A stretch of 45,875 nucleotides of DNA, taken from contig JAAYQJ010000149.1 in the NCBI GenBank assembly GCA_012519355.1, forward strand, positions 1 to 45,875, given 5' to 3'. The notes beneath the pieces are model-generated. The model did not search any database. It was given only the letters and a program-made list of their open reading frames with translations, and was not told the DNA's origin. The position numbers and the translations under genes are program-made. This document shows positions 1-9,507 of the stretch, piece after piece (position 1 is the first letter of the stretch; each line of letters opens with the position of its first letter). The stretch comes from Tissierellia bacterium (GTDB taxonomy: Bacteria > Bacillota > Clostridia > Tissierellales > Tissierellaceae).

Positions 1-53
1 AAAGAATTTAATAAATAGTTACAAAGTCCTTACACTATATATTTTTCAATTTA

Positions 54-77
54 AAATAGGCTGAAAACAGCCTATTT
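54..77. terminator. hairpin downstream of the 79-396 ORF (possible bidirectional terminator)
   Basis: 10-bp inverted repeat aaataggctg / cagcctattt with a 4-nt loop; weak T-tract. Confidence 0.4.
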
Positions 78-78
78 A

Positions 79-396
79 TTATAGTGGATAAAAGCTTCGG
101 TTTCTCCTTAATAATTCGGATATAAAAAGAATAGTTATCAAATCCCTTACAATCCTACTTCTACCATAGAATATTCTTTGCTCTCCCCTTACTCTACCCC
201 TATATCTTCTTTCATATGGATCTTCATGTATCTCAGGACATTCTTTCACCATTTCCATATATATGTTATCAACCATCTTTTCCATTTGCTCTTTTGTAAT
301 GTTTTCCATGGAGCAATTTTCATCTAAATTGTTATCTATTTCGCCTATTACCTTTGGATAAATTCTGTAATATAATTCAGGATAATCAAAGTTCAT
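79..396 (-). CDS. small hypothetical protein (Tyr/Pro-rich N-terminus, Arg-rich C-terminal part)
   Basis: 105-aa ORF with no catalytic motif; resembles small clostridial conserved hypotheticals (IYPKV..., LRDL..I..ELLRR pattern). Confidence 0.45.
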   Translation of the reverse strand: MNFDYPELYYRIYPKVIGEIDNNLDENCSMENITKEQMEKMVDNIYMEMVKECPEIHEDPYERRYRGRVRGEQRIFYGRSRIVRDLITILFISELLRRNRSFYPL

Positions 397-458
397 AAAA
401 ACACCTCCCCTTTATATTCCTCTAATATAATATGATAGGGAAGGTGCTTTTGATACTT

Positions 459-2186
459 TTAATCCATTGAATCTTTGAATTGAGATTTATATAACTTTGC
501 ATAAATCTTATCTTTTTCTAGTAATTCTTCATGGGTACCCCTCTCTACTACACCCTCTGATGTTAAAACTAAAATCTCGTCTGCATTCTTAATAGTAGAT
601 AGCCTATGGGCTATTACTAAAGTAGTCCTACCTTGAGCAAGGTCATCTAAAGATTTTTGGATCATTATTTCAGTTTCATTATCTAAGGCAGAAGTAGCCT
701 CATCCAGTATTAAAATTGGTGGATTCTTTAAAAAGAGTCTAGCAATGGAAATCCTTTGTTTTTGACCTCCAGACAATTTTACTCCCTTTTCTCCTATATA
801 GGTTTCGTATCCATTAGGTAGGGTCATTATAAAGTCATGAATTCTAGCTTTTTTAGCAGCTTCTATTACCTCGTCTTCACTTGCCTCTGGATTTCCGTAA
901 ACTATATTTTCATATATTGTTCCTGTAAATAGGAAAACGTCCTGCTGAACTAGTCCAATTTTCTTTCTTAAGGATTTTATCTTAATGTCCCTTATATCCT
1001 TTCCATCTAGTAGGATTTTCCCTTCATTTGTTTCATAGAACCTTGGGATTAAATGACATAAGGTAGTCTTACCAGCTCCAGAGGGACCAACTAATGCCAC
1101 TGTCTTTCCAGGCTCAATTGTTAAATCTAGATTGGAAAGAACTGTATTTTTACCATTATTATAACTAAAGGATACATCCTTAAACTCAATTTTTCCTCTT
1201 ATATCTTTTAATTCAATGGCATTTTCCTTATCAACAATATCAGGTTTAATATTCATTATCTCCACAAATCTTTCGAATCCAGTCATACCGTCTTGTAATT
1301 GCTGAGAAAACTCTGCCAACCTTCTAATTGGTTGCATGAAAAAGTTAACATATAGGTTGAAGGAAAATAAATCACCTAAATTAATAATTTCCTTATAGAC
1401 AAAATATCCACCAAGGCTAATGACTAAAAGGTTTAACACACTGGATAAAATACCAATCCCAGAGGCAAACTCTGCCATTACCTTATAGGCTCCCTTCCTT
1501 GCATTGCTAAATTCATAGTTCCCCTCATTAAATTTTTCTATTTCATAATCTTCATTAGTAAAAGATTTAGCTACCCTGATTCCTGAAATGCTATTTTCTA
1601 ATTGTGCATTTACATTGGCTATTTTCTTCCTTACTTCTCTAAAGGAGTTTGACATCCTTTGTCTCTTACTAATTACAAACCAAATCATAATTGGGATGAA
1701 GGTAAATAGGATTAAAGTCAATCTCCATTCAATATTAAACAATACGATAAATGACCCAACTAATAAAATTGATGATATGAATAAGTCTTCCGGTCCATGG
1801 TGTGCCAGCTCTGTAATATCCCTTAAATCATTAACTATTCTAGACATAATATGTCCAGTTTTGTTATTGTCATAATAACTAAAGGGTAGGGTTTGTAAAT
1901 GAGAAAATATATCCCTTCTCATATCGTGCTCTATCCTAACACCTAATAGATGGCCCCAATAAGAAACTATATAGTTACTTATATATCTTATAACGAATAG
2001 TATACACATTATAATAGTCCATTTTAATAGTAAGTCCATCCTGCCTGCAGGTATAATATCATTTATTATCCTCCTAGTAAATATTGGGAAGACCAAATCT
2101 GAAGCAGCAATAAGTAAAGCGAAAAACATATCTATGAAGAATAAAGTTTTATGAGGCTTATAGTATGAAATAAATCTCTTAAGCAA
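459..2186 (-). CDS. ABC exporter, fused permease/ATPase (MsbA/LmrA-like type I exporter)
   Basis: N-terminal six-helix TMD; Walker A GPSGAGKTT, signature LSGGQKQR, Walker B ILILDEATSALD, H-loop AHRL. Confidence 0.9.
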   Translation of the reverse strand: MLKRFISYYKPHKTLFFIDMFFALLIAASDLVFPIFTRRIINDIIPAGRMDLLLKWTIIMCILFVIRYISNYIVSYWGHLLGVRIEHDMRRDIFSHLQTLPFSYYDNNKTGHIMSRIVNDLRDITELAHHGPEDLFISSILLVGSFIVLFNIEWRLTLILFTFIPIMIWFVISKRQRMSNSFREVRKKIANVNAQLENSISGIRVAKSFTNEDYEIEKFNEGNYEFSNARKGAYKVMAEFASGIGILSSVLNLLVISLGGYFVYKEIINLGDLFSFNLYVNFFMQPIRRLAEFSQQLQDGMTGFERFVEIMNIKPDIVDKENAIELKDIRGKIEFKDVSFSYNNGKNTVLSNLDLTIEPGKTVALVGPSGAGKTTLCHLIPRFYETNEGKILLDGKDIRDIKIKSLRKKIGLVQQDVFLFTGTIYENIVYGNPEASEDEVIEAAKKARIHDFIMTLPNGYETYIGEKGVKLSGGQKQRISIARLFLKNPPILILDEATSALDNETEIMIQKSLDDLAQGRTTLVIAHRLSTIKNADEILVLTSEGVVERGTHEELLEKDKIYAKLYKSQFKDSMD

Positions 2187-2258
2187 TTAGTAATACCTCC
2201 TTACATATTATTTCGAGTCACGAATATTATATAATATTTGATATAGGTTTTCAATTAT

Positions 2259-4076
2259 TTAATCAATCATATTAATATATTTTCTTTCATTGGTTAAGTC
2301 AAAGATAAAGAAAAACATCATATATATGAAGGTTATGGGGCCCGTATCATTTAACAATAGTCCTACAATGGCAGTTATCAATACTATGAAAGTCTTACTT
2401 TTTAATTTAATATTTTCTAAAATATAATCCTTCATCTTTCTTAATATTAATACTTGAGAGGCTAAAATTATGGAAAAAGGTGGAACAATAGTTAACTTAA
2501 ATAATTCTTTTGCCTTGAATGAAACTATAGTCATAAACTCCCACAATCCATTTTTCTTAATTCTATAAAGAAACTCTATTGCATGGGAATTAGAAGTATT
2601 GCTATAATCAAATAACATGTTAACAGTAAAAATTCCAATTACTAAAAGAAATAATATAATATATTTGTTAATAATATTTTTGCCAAGGGAAAAGATATAA
2701 TAAACCATTAGGCCAAATAAGACTATAGAGGTTATGAACCCCCCTGTGTTTGCACCAAATCTTGCAGATAAGACTAACATATTTAATGTGAATATAAATA
2801 GGCCAAGTATTTTTTTATATCCATTTCTGTTTATACCCTCAATTGAAGAAAAATATATGAGGATTGATGATATTAAAAACACTCCCATTATTCCATTGTT
2901 TAATCCATAAAATCTAGCTCCATAGACCAAATTATTAAATCCAATAAATGAGTTATATATTATCTTAGGGTAAAACAATACCCCTAAACTTATCAAACCA
3001 TAAATCAAAAAACTTAGAGCCTTAATTAGGTCTAATTTCTTTATTATGAAAAATTTAACTGTTCCGTAAGATAAGAGTATACATATTAAAAGGTATAAGA
3101 GTATATTTTTCTGAAGATTGAACACTCCCAATACTATCGAAATAGGAATACTTGCTGCCATGGAGCTATATAGTCCATAGACCCAATTATCAATCTTCCT
3201 ATATTTTAAAAGCCTTATACTAAAAATAAACTGTGTAAAATATATTAACCCATGGAATACAGTTGCAAGGATTAACAGATTCATTGTATCAGTAAAAATA
3301 TCTCTTATTCTTTCCATAGGATTTTCTGCTTTGATGAACTCAAAAGGTTTTCCCACAGTATTTTTATAATCTATTCCATATATACTTTTTATGTGGACTG
3401 AAATATCTTCTAAAGTAATTAAGCCCTCTCTTCTAGTAGACTGACTAGTCAATATCCCTGAATCTTTTCCATTAATGTAAATTATGGGTACTAAAAACTT
3501 ATTTAGCAAATTTCTATCCACTTTAGCTACTCCCTCAGGCAAGATAATTATATTTCTATCGGAATAGTTTTCTAAGTATTTTTTTAATATATCTACTCTT
3601 TTATCCTCCCCTTTGAAGTCGTAGGATACAAGCAAAATATTAGATTTTTTTAATAGGTAGTCAGTATTTTCAATGAGCCAATCTAAATCGTAATTTATCT
3701 CATCTAGCTCATAATCCACTTCACCCTTACTATTGGCAACTAGAATTTTTTCTGTCCTACCACCTATGTAGGAGACCTTTTCTTTTTTTAAAACATCACC
3801 TAAATATTCGATTTTGGCGTTTTTATTTTTAAACTCCTTCAATGATAGTTTCCTTCCAGTATTTATGGACAATAATAGGTTTTCCTTATAATAAGGTGGC
3901 CTAGTTTTATAGTTTACAAGTCCTATGCTATATTTTTCTAAAGCCAAATCTTTAATTAGATCAAATGACAACTCATCAACTAGGATCAGGATGGAATCAT
4001 TACTAGATGCCCTAATGGTATTAGGCACAAAAAATATAATCATTATTAATAATAAGCCAATTATTCTTCTTTTCAT
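2259..4076 (-). CDS. polytopic membrane protein with an N-terminal extracytoplasmic domain of about 250 aa, function unknown
   Basis: Signal/anchor sequence, soluble domain, then about 10-12 hydrophobic helices. SD-like AGGGTGA upstream; 9-nt gap to the preceding ORF. Confidence 0.6.
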   Translation of the reverse strand: MKRRIIGLLLIMIIFFVPNTIRASSNDSILILVDELSFDLIKDLALEKYSIGLVNYKTRPPYYKENLLLSINTGRKLSLKEFKNKNAKIEYLGDVLKKEKVSYIGGRTEKILVANSKGEVDYELDEINYDLDWLIENTDYLLKKSNILLVSYDFKGEDKRVDILKKYLENYSDRNIIILPEGVAKVDRNLLNKFLVPIIYINGKDSGILTSQSTRREGLITLEDISVHIKSIYGIDYKNTVGKPFEFIKAENPMERIRDIFTDTMNLLILATVFHGLIYFTQFIFSIRLLKYRKIDNWVYGLYSSMAASIPISIVLGVFNLQKNILLYLLICILLSYGTVKFFIIKKLDLIKALSFLIYGLISLGVLFYPKIIYNSFIGFNNLVYGARFYGLNNGIMGVFLISSILIYFSSIEGINRNGYKKILGLFIFTLNMLVLSARFGANTGGFITSIVLFGLMVYYIFSLGKNIINKYIILFLLVIGIFTVNMLFDYSNTSNSHAIEFLYRIKKNGLWEFMTIVSFKAKELFKLTIVPPFSIILASQVLILRKMKDYILENIKLKSKTFIVLITAIVGLLLNDTGPITFIYMMFFFIFDLTNERKYINMID

Positions 4077-4085
4077 TTCATCACC

Positions 4086-4289
4086 CTAATAAATAATCCA
4101 ACTTAGCAATCTAAAAACGCCTAGAACCAATGCTAAAATGGCAACTAAAATCTTATACCTGTAGACCTTATCCTTTTCAAGCTTATCCTTTTTTCTAAGG
4201 ACTCTTAAACCATCCTCATCTATTAAATCATAATTTTCAAAACCATAAATAAGTACACTCAAAATTATAAAACTTAGGCCAATTAACAA
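4086..4289 (-). CDS. small two-helix membrane protein (67 aa)
   Basis: TTG start 5 nt after a strong GGAGGAG SD that overlaps the addA TAG stop; two hydrophobic helices flank a basic loop. Confidence 0.5.
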   Translation of the reverse strand: MLIGLSFIILSVLIYGFENYDLIDEDGLRVLRKKDKLEKDKVYRYKILVAILALVLGVFRLLSWIIY

Positions 4290-4300
4290 AATAACTCCTC

Positions 4301-7300
4301 CTATTCTAAATCACAAAAAGATTTATGCTTGCAATAATGACTGCAGTTTCTACTTTTAACATAATTTAAGATACTAGAGTTATTAGATACAAAGTCCATA
4401 AATTCTTCTAATCTATTAAGATTTTTAACTAAACTCTTATCATCTATTGGAATACTTGCATTTTCACCATTTTCTAGAAATACAATTCTTGCACTTTCAA
4501 TCTCTATATTCATTATTTCCTTAACTACATAGGCATAAAGCTGCAATTGGGGGGTATATTTGTAAATTAGATAGCCCAAATTATCAATTCTATTAGTCTT
4601 ATAATCTAGTATTTCTGCTTTACCATTATGTATATTTATCCTGTCAATTATACCAGTTATATAATAGTCTTTTATCTTCAAATAGAAAGGTCTTTCCACA
4701 TATACTCTTTCATAGTCATCTCTATAAAGTTTTATATAATTGTCTATATATACTTTTACTTCTTCATATAATTCATCTGTATATGGTATTCCATAGGATC
4801 TTGAAATCTTTTCAATAAGCCTTTTTATATCAGTTCCTGGTACATAGCGTTCACAGAATTCATGAACAATGTTTCCCTTCTCTATCCCATCTAAGTATTT
4901 TTCTTCATCAGGGCTTGCATATTCATCATTGTCAAAAGTAGCCAATTTCTTGTAATAGTCTAAGAAAAATCTTCTTTGGCATTCTCTAAAGACTAAGTAT
5001 TGAGAAATACTATATCTTTCAACTCTTTTTTTACTAAATTCAGGTATATCATATAATAAAGGTATTTCTATATCTACTATATCTTCTACTATTAATTCAT
5101 CATCTATTAATTTGATAGGTTTATATTCTTCTCCTTCCATATCAATATTAGATATTTTGTTACACTTAGAATAATCGATTAAGTCCTTAATTAATTTCTT
5201 ATATCCAGTATCTTTCCCTTGAAATCCTAAAATAAGTAAGTCTTCTGTCCTTGTCATTGCTACATAGAGAATTCTCTCCATCTCTTCTTTTTCTTTATCA
5301 GCTAGTTCCTTCTTAATTTTATTATATAGGATTTTACTATTATTAACCTCTATACCTATACCTATATTCTTTGAAAAAACTATATTTGGAAATCCCATAT
5401 TTGGAGTACTAGACATCTCTGGTATAATTACTACAGGAAATTGTAGACCTTTAGATTTGTGAATTGTAAGTATTTTAACTACATTTGAGTCTTCTGAATA
5501 GATTTTTTCTTGGGATTCATCCATATCCTTTATTTCATCTAAATAATCTATTAAATCCTCAAGGCTTTGTACATTATCTTTTTCATATTCTTTTACCATA
5601 TCTATAAATTTATTGATATTAGCCACTGCCTGTTTTCCCCCTTGTTTTAACAGGAGGGATTCAATAAAATAAGTTTTTCTTATCAATTCATTTACTAAAA
5701 ATTCCAGTCCATAAAGGTGTTTTATTTCATACAAATATTCCATTAATTCTACGGCTTCCAATACTTTTTTCTTATCTTCATCACCTAGTATTTCCCTATT
5801 TATTATGTTTTTCATTGATTCATATACTGTAGTCTCTCTATATCTTAAAATCCAATATAAGATCTTATCTGAAAGTCCAATCAAGGGAGATCTTAATAAA
5901 CCAAGGCTAGCTATAGTGTCAAAGGGATTACTTATAGCTTTTAGGGCATTTATTAAGTCTAATATTTCTCTTTGGTCAAAAAAACCCTTCCCACTAAAAT
6001 TATAAAAAGGTATCCCAAACCTTTTTAAAGCCTCTTCATAGATATAATTTCTAGTGCTAGCTCTAAACAAAATTGCAAAATCTCCATATTTATATTTACC
6101 TGATAAGACTAATTCCTTAATTCTCTTTGCTATTAGCACACTTTCATAAAACCTATGATATTCCCTAGGACTAACCCCCTCTGGTATAGTTAAATCCACA
6201 TTTTCTAATATTTCTATATCTATAGGATTAGTAGAAACTCTGAAATGTGATAAGCTATTGTAACGGCTACCCATCAATTTTTGAAATATATCATTGATAA
6301 ATTCTAAAACAGTATTAACAGTTCTATAATTTATATCCAAACTAATGGGCTTTGCCACTTCTTCAATATCCCCAATTACATTATAGAATACCTCTAAATC
6401 TGCACCCCTAAAACCATAGATGGATTGTTTTGGGTCTCCAACTACAAATAAGTTAGCCTTGTCTATTTTCTTATCTACACTGGCCAGTTTATAGAAGATA
6501 TTCTTCTGTAATTCGTTAATATCTTGGAACTCGTCTACCATTATATACCTAAATTTATCTTGATATCTTTTCCTTATATCTACATCATCAAGTAATTTTA
6601 AAAGCTTAATTTGTAAATCATCATAATCTAAGGCTCTTAAGTCTTCCTTTTTAGAATCATAGACCTCATCTATACCTATTAGTAGGTCTAAAACTGTAGT
6701 ATAAATTTCAATATTATCTTTCTCAAAGCTTAACAAAACTCTTTCTATGATTTCCTTTAATTGATCTATTTTTTCTGGTTCCTTAGTGCTATTTCCAATA
6801 TTATCATATAGGAAAGTCATCAATTTTGGTAATTCATTTTCATCATATTCATCATTTTTAAACCTAAGCCAGTTTTCATTATTCTGTAGCTTGTAAATCT
6901 TACTATTTTTAGGAAGTCTCTCCATTAAATATTGAAAAATTCCTTTTATATCTCTTAAGTCATCATTTGATACTTCTAAGTCCTTTAACTGCTTTATTGA
7001 CCTTTCCTTTAGTTGGATAAAACTAATACCTACAGTACGTACTTTATTGTAAATATATAGAAGGTCCTTTACTAATGAATCAACATTATCCCTTCCAAAA
7101 GCCAGAAGCAATCTATATACTTTTTCATCTTCGTTTATTCCTTTAATCAAGACTTCTTTAATGGATTCTCTCAATATTTTTGCTGACTGGTAATCCTCTA
7201 GAACTTCAAAGTAAGGATCTATATTGGCTTCCACAGGACATTCCCTAAGAATTTTTGCGCAGAAACTATGAATAGTAGAAATATTTGCCTTTTCCAAATC

Positions 7301-7642
7301 CCTATAGTATTTTCTCCATTTAAAACCTTTTTTGAAATTCTTACGTATTTCGGTCCTAATTCTATGAATCATCTCTTGGGTAGCTTTTTTAGTAAAGGTT
7401 ATAGCTACTATGGATTCAATTTCCTTTCCCTTTTCCAGCTTTCCATGTTCTAATATATGAATATATCTTTCAGTTAAAACCTTAGTTTTTCCAGTACCTG
7501 CCCCAGCATTTACAGCTAAATTACTATCTATGGTTTCAACAGCATTTTTTTGGGCTTCATTTAAGGTCATTATTCTCCCTCTGGTCTGATCTTGATTTTT
7601 AGCAACTATTTTTTCTCTATTTTGAGTATTTTTTAGAACCAT
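4301..7642 (-). CDS. addA: AddA-type ATP-dependent helicase/nuclease (UvrD/Rep helicase plus C-terminal PD-(D/E)XK nuclease with a 4-Cys cluster)
   Basis: Walker A AGAGTGKT, motif II VDEFQD, GDPKQSIY. C-terminal GIIDRI, ILDYKT, QLQLY nuclease motifs, plus Cys in FRECQRRFF and CSHYCKHKSFC. GGAGG SD 7 nt upstream; start overlaps the addB stop (TAATG). Confidence 0.85.
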   Translation of the reverse strand: MVLKNTQNREKIVAKNQDQTRGRIMTLNEAQKNAVETIDSNLAVNAGAGTGKTKVLTERYIHILEHGKLEKGKEIESIVAITFTKKATQEMIHRIRTEIRKNFKKGFKWRKYYRDLEKANISTIHSFCAKILRECPVEANIDPYFEVLEDYQSAKILRESIKEVLIKGINEDEKVYRLLLAFGRDNVDSLVKDLLYIYNKVRTVGISFIQLKERSIKQLKDLEVSNDDLRDIKGIFQYLMERLPKNSKIYKLQNNENWLRFKNDEYDENELPKLMTFLYDNIGNSTKEPEKIDQLKEIIERVLLSFEKDNIEIYTTVLDLLIGIDEVYDSKKEDLRALDYDDLQIKLLKLLDDVDIRKRYQDKFRYIMVDEFQDINELQKNIFYKLASVDKKIDKANLFVVGDPKQSIYGFRGADLEVFYNVIGDIEEVAKPISLDINYRTVNTVLEFINDIFQKLMGSRYNSLSHFRVSTNPIDIEILENVDLTIPEGVSPREYHRFYESVLIAKRIKELVLSGKYKYGDFAILFRASTRNYIYEEALKRFGIPFYNFSGKGFFDQREILDLINALKAISNPFDTIASLGLLRSPLIGLSDKILYWILRYRETTVYESMKNIINREILGDEDKKKVLEAVELMEYLYEIKHLYGLEFLVNELIRKTYFIESLLLKQGGKQAVANINKFIDMVKEYEKDNVQSLEDLIDYLDEIKDMDESQEKIYSEDSNVVKILTIHKSKGLQFPVVIIPEMSSTPNMGFPNIVFSKNIGIGIEVNNSKILYNKIKKELADKEKEEMERILYVAMTRTEDLLILGFQGKDTGYKKLIKDLIDYSKCNKISNIDMEGEEYKPIKLIDDELIVEDIVDIEIPLLYDIPEFSKKRVERYSISQYLVFRECQRRFFLDYYKKLATFDNDEYASPDEEKYLDGIEKGNIVHEFCERYVPGTDIKRLIEKISRSYGIPYTDELYEEVKVYIDNYIKLYRDDYERVYVERPFYLKIKDYYITGIIDRINIHNGKAEILDYKTNRIDNLGYLIYKYTPQLQLYAYVVKEIMNIEIESARIVFLENGENASIPIDDKSLVKNLNRLEEFMDFVSNNSSILNYVKSRNCSHYCKHKSFCDLE

Positions 7643-9489
7643 TATATGACCTCCAATACTTTTTCATATCTACAGATGTCTTTATATATGCAGTATGGTG
7701 AACATTCTAAAGGGTTTACTGAGAAGTTGCCGGTTAAAATTCTTTCTATTATCTCTTTTATATTTGCCTTCGTCTCATCCATAAGCTTGTCCCATTCTTC
7801 TTTACTTATGGCTCCCTTATGCCTATTAGTTATTTGCTTTGTTTCTTCTCTGATGCCTAACTTAACCTCGAATTTTTGTTGGGAAACCACTCCGTACACT
7901 CCAGCCACAATATTTTTATCTTCTTGAGATAGGATATAAATTGGCAATTGTAATGATAGTCCTTGTATTATTTTATCTATATCATAAACTCCATAGGAAC
8001 TACTTTTATAATCCATGATTATATATTTATCTTCACCGGCTATTTTGTCAATTCTATCGATTTTTCCTCTAAATTTCACTTCTACTCCATCAATTTCTAT
8101 GGAAAAATCCTTGTATTTACCAAATTCTACTTCAAAGGCATAGGGTACTAATTTTTCCTTAGGATTGGAAATTCTCTCTATATCCATTTCGATAAATTTA
8201 GCTAATCTGATATATATATTTTCAATTATCAGTTGATTCATTTTGTTATCCAAATCAAAGCCAATTTGCTTAGCATATTTTTTGACTAAGTCTCTAAGAT
8301 AATCTAAAGATGCCTCAACATCAAAGGCATTTTTATCTAAAATATGGTCTTCAAAATCCCTTTTATAGTTATAATAGTATTCTTTCAAGACCTCGTGATA
8401 TATAATCCCTACATCTATAGGTTTATATTCTTGGAAATATCTTTCCATTTCATCTATGTTAAGTATTCTACTTAATAAAAAATAATATGGACATTTACTA
8501 TAGGCCTCTAAGTAGGTATTTGAATATACTTTGTCCAGGTGTATCTCTTCTAAATCCTTTATAATTTCATCATCTGAAATAAGTCCCTTATACTCATTAA
8601 AACCTGAGGAGTATCTTTTATATTCACAATAATTCTTCTCATTGATTGATCTAAATTTATTCTTAAGCTTACTATTATGATATGAATAATATGGGCTTAA
8701 GTCTTCATCTGAATTGCTAAGATTCAAGATTAAATAATTTGATAATTCATCTAATGTAGTTATATTTTCTATATTATTTTTTATTTGATAATCTAAACCT
8801 AAGTTTATCGTTGGCATTTTATCCTCTAGCCTTTCCCCTTTGAACATATTTAACAACTCATCTAAAAAAATTGAAAAGATACTATCTTCTTCTTTACCCT
8901 CACTTAAGGATAGATAAAGTATATCTTTGCATGAAGCTATTAAGGAAGCAAATTTAATTACTTCGTTGTACAATCTATTATGATAGGTTTTATAATCTAG
9001 GCCGATATCTCTAAAATACTTATAATTTATATCATTGATAAAGAAATTGTTTTCTTTTAAAATTGGGTAATAATTTGAAGATAGGCCTGCAATAAATAGG
9101 ATTTCATGGGTAAAGCCTCTACTGCTTATGGGATTAAGTATATTAACTCCTCCTATATTATTGTCCTCTTCAAGAATGCTCTCATCTCTAATAGTTTTTA
9201 ATAGGGCATCAAAGTAATCTTCAATGTCTATCTGGTCCTCTATTAAGGCAAGACCCTTCATATCTTCAATTATTTTTAATAGTTTTTCTAGAGCTTGAAA
9301 ATCCCTATGAAGAAGTTGGTAATTCTTGTCTTTTTTGTATCTATTATTAATAGTATCTTGAAGATTATAATTATTAATCATTTGGATAAAAATTCGACTA
9401 TAATTTTCAACAAAATCCCTATCTAATATAGGGTCTAACTCAAGATATAAATCCTCTACTAATTTTGTGATCAACTCAATATAGTCCAT
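7642..9489 (-). CDS. addB: AddB-type nuclease subunit, C-terminal portion (PD-(D/E)XK nuclease with iron-staple cysteines)
   Basis: YSKCPYYFLLSRIL, GKIDRID, IMDYKSS, LQLPIY and C-terminal CSPYCIYKDIC. No SD upstream of its ATG; in frame with the upstream 411-aa ORF. Confidence 0.75.
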   Translation of the reverse strand: MDYIELITKLVEDLYLELDPILDRDFVENYSRIFIQMINNYNLQDTINNRYKKDKNYQLLHRDFQALEKLLKIIEDMKGLALIEDQIDIEDYFDALLKTIRDESILEEDNNIGGVNILNPISSRGFTHEILFIAGLSSNYYPILKENNFFINDINYKYFRDIGLDYKTYHNRLYNEVIKFASLIASCKDILYLSLSEGKEEDSIFSIFLDELLNMFKGERLEDKMPTINLGLDYQIKNNIENITTLDELSNYLILNLSNSDEDLSPYYSYHNSKLKNKFRSINEKNYCEYKRYSSGFNEYKGLISDDEIIKDLEEIHLDKVYSNTYLEAYSKCPYYFLLSRILNIDEMERYFQEYKPIDVGIIYHEVLKEYYYNYKRDFEDHILDKNAFDVEASLDYLRDLVKKYAKQIGFDLDNKMNQLIIENIYIRLAKFIEMDIERISNPKEKLVPYAFEVEFGKYKDFSIEIDGVEVKFRGKIDRIDKIAGEDKYIIMDYKSSSYGVYDIDKIIQGLSLQLPIYILSQEDKNIVAGVYGVVSQQKFEVKLGIREETKQITNRHKGAISKEEWDKLMDETKANIKEIIERILTGNFSVNPLECSPYCIYKDICRYEKVLEVI

Positions 9490-9507
9490 AGTAATATTTA
9501 GGGATTT

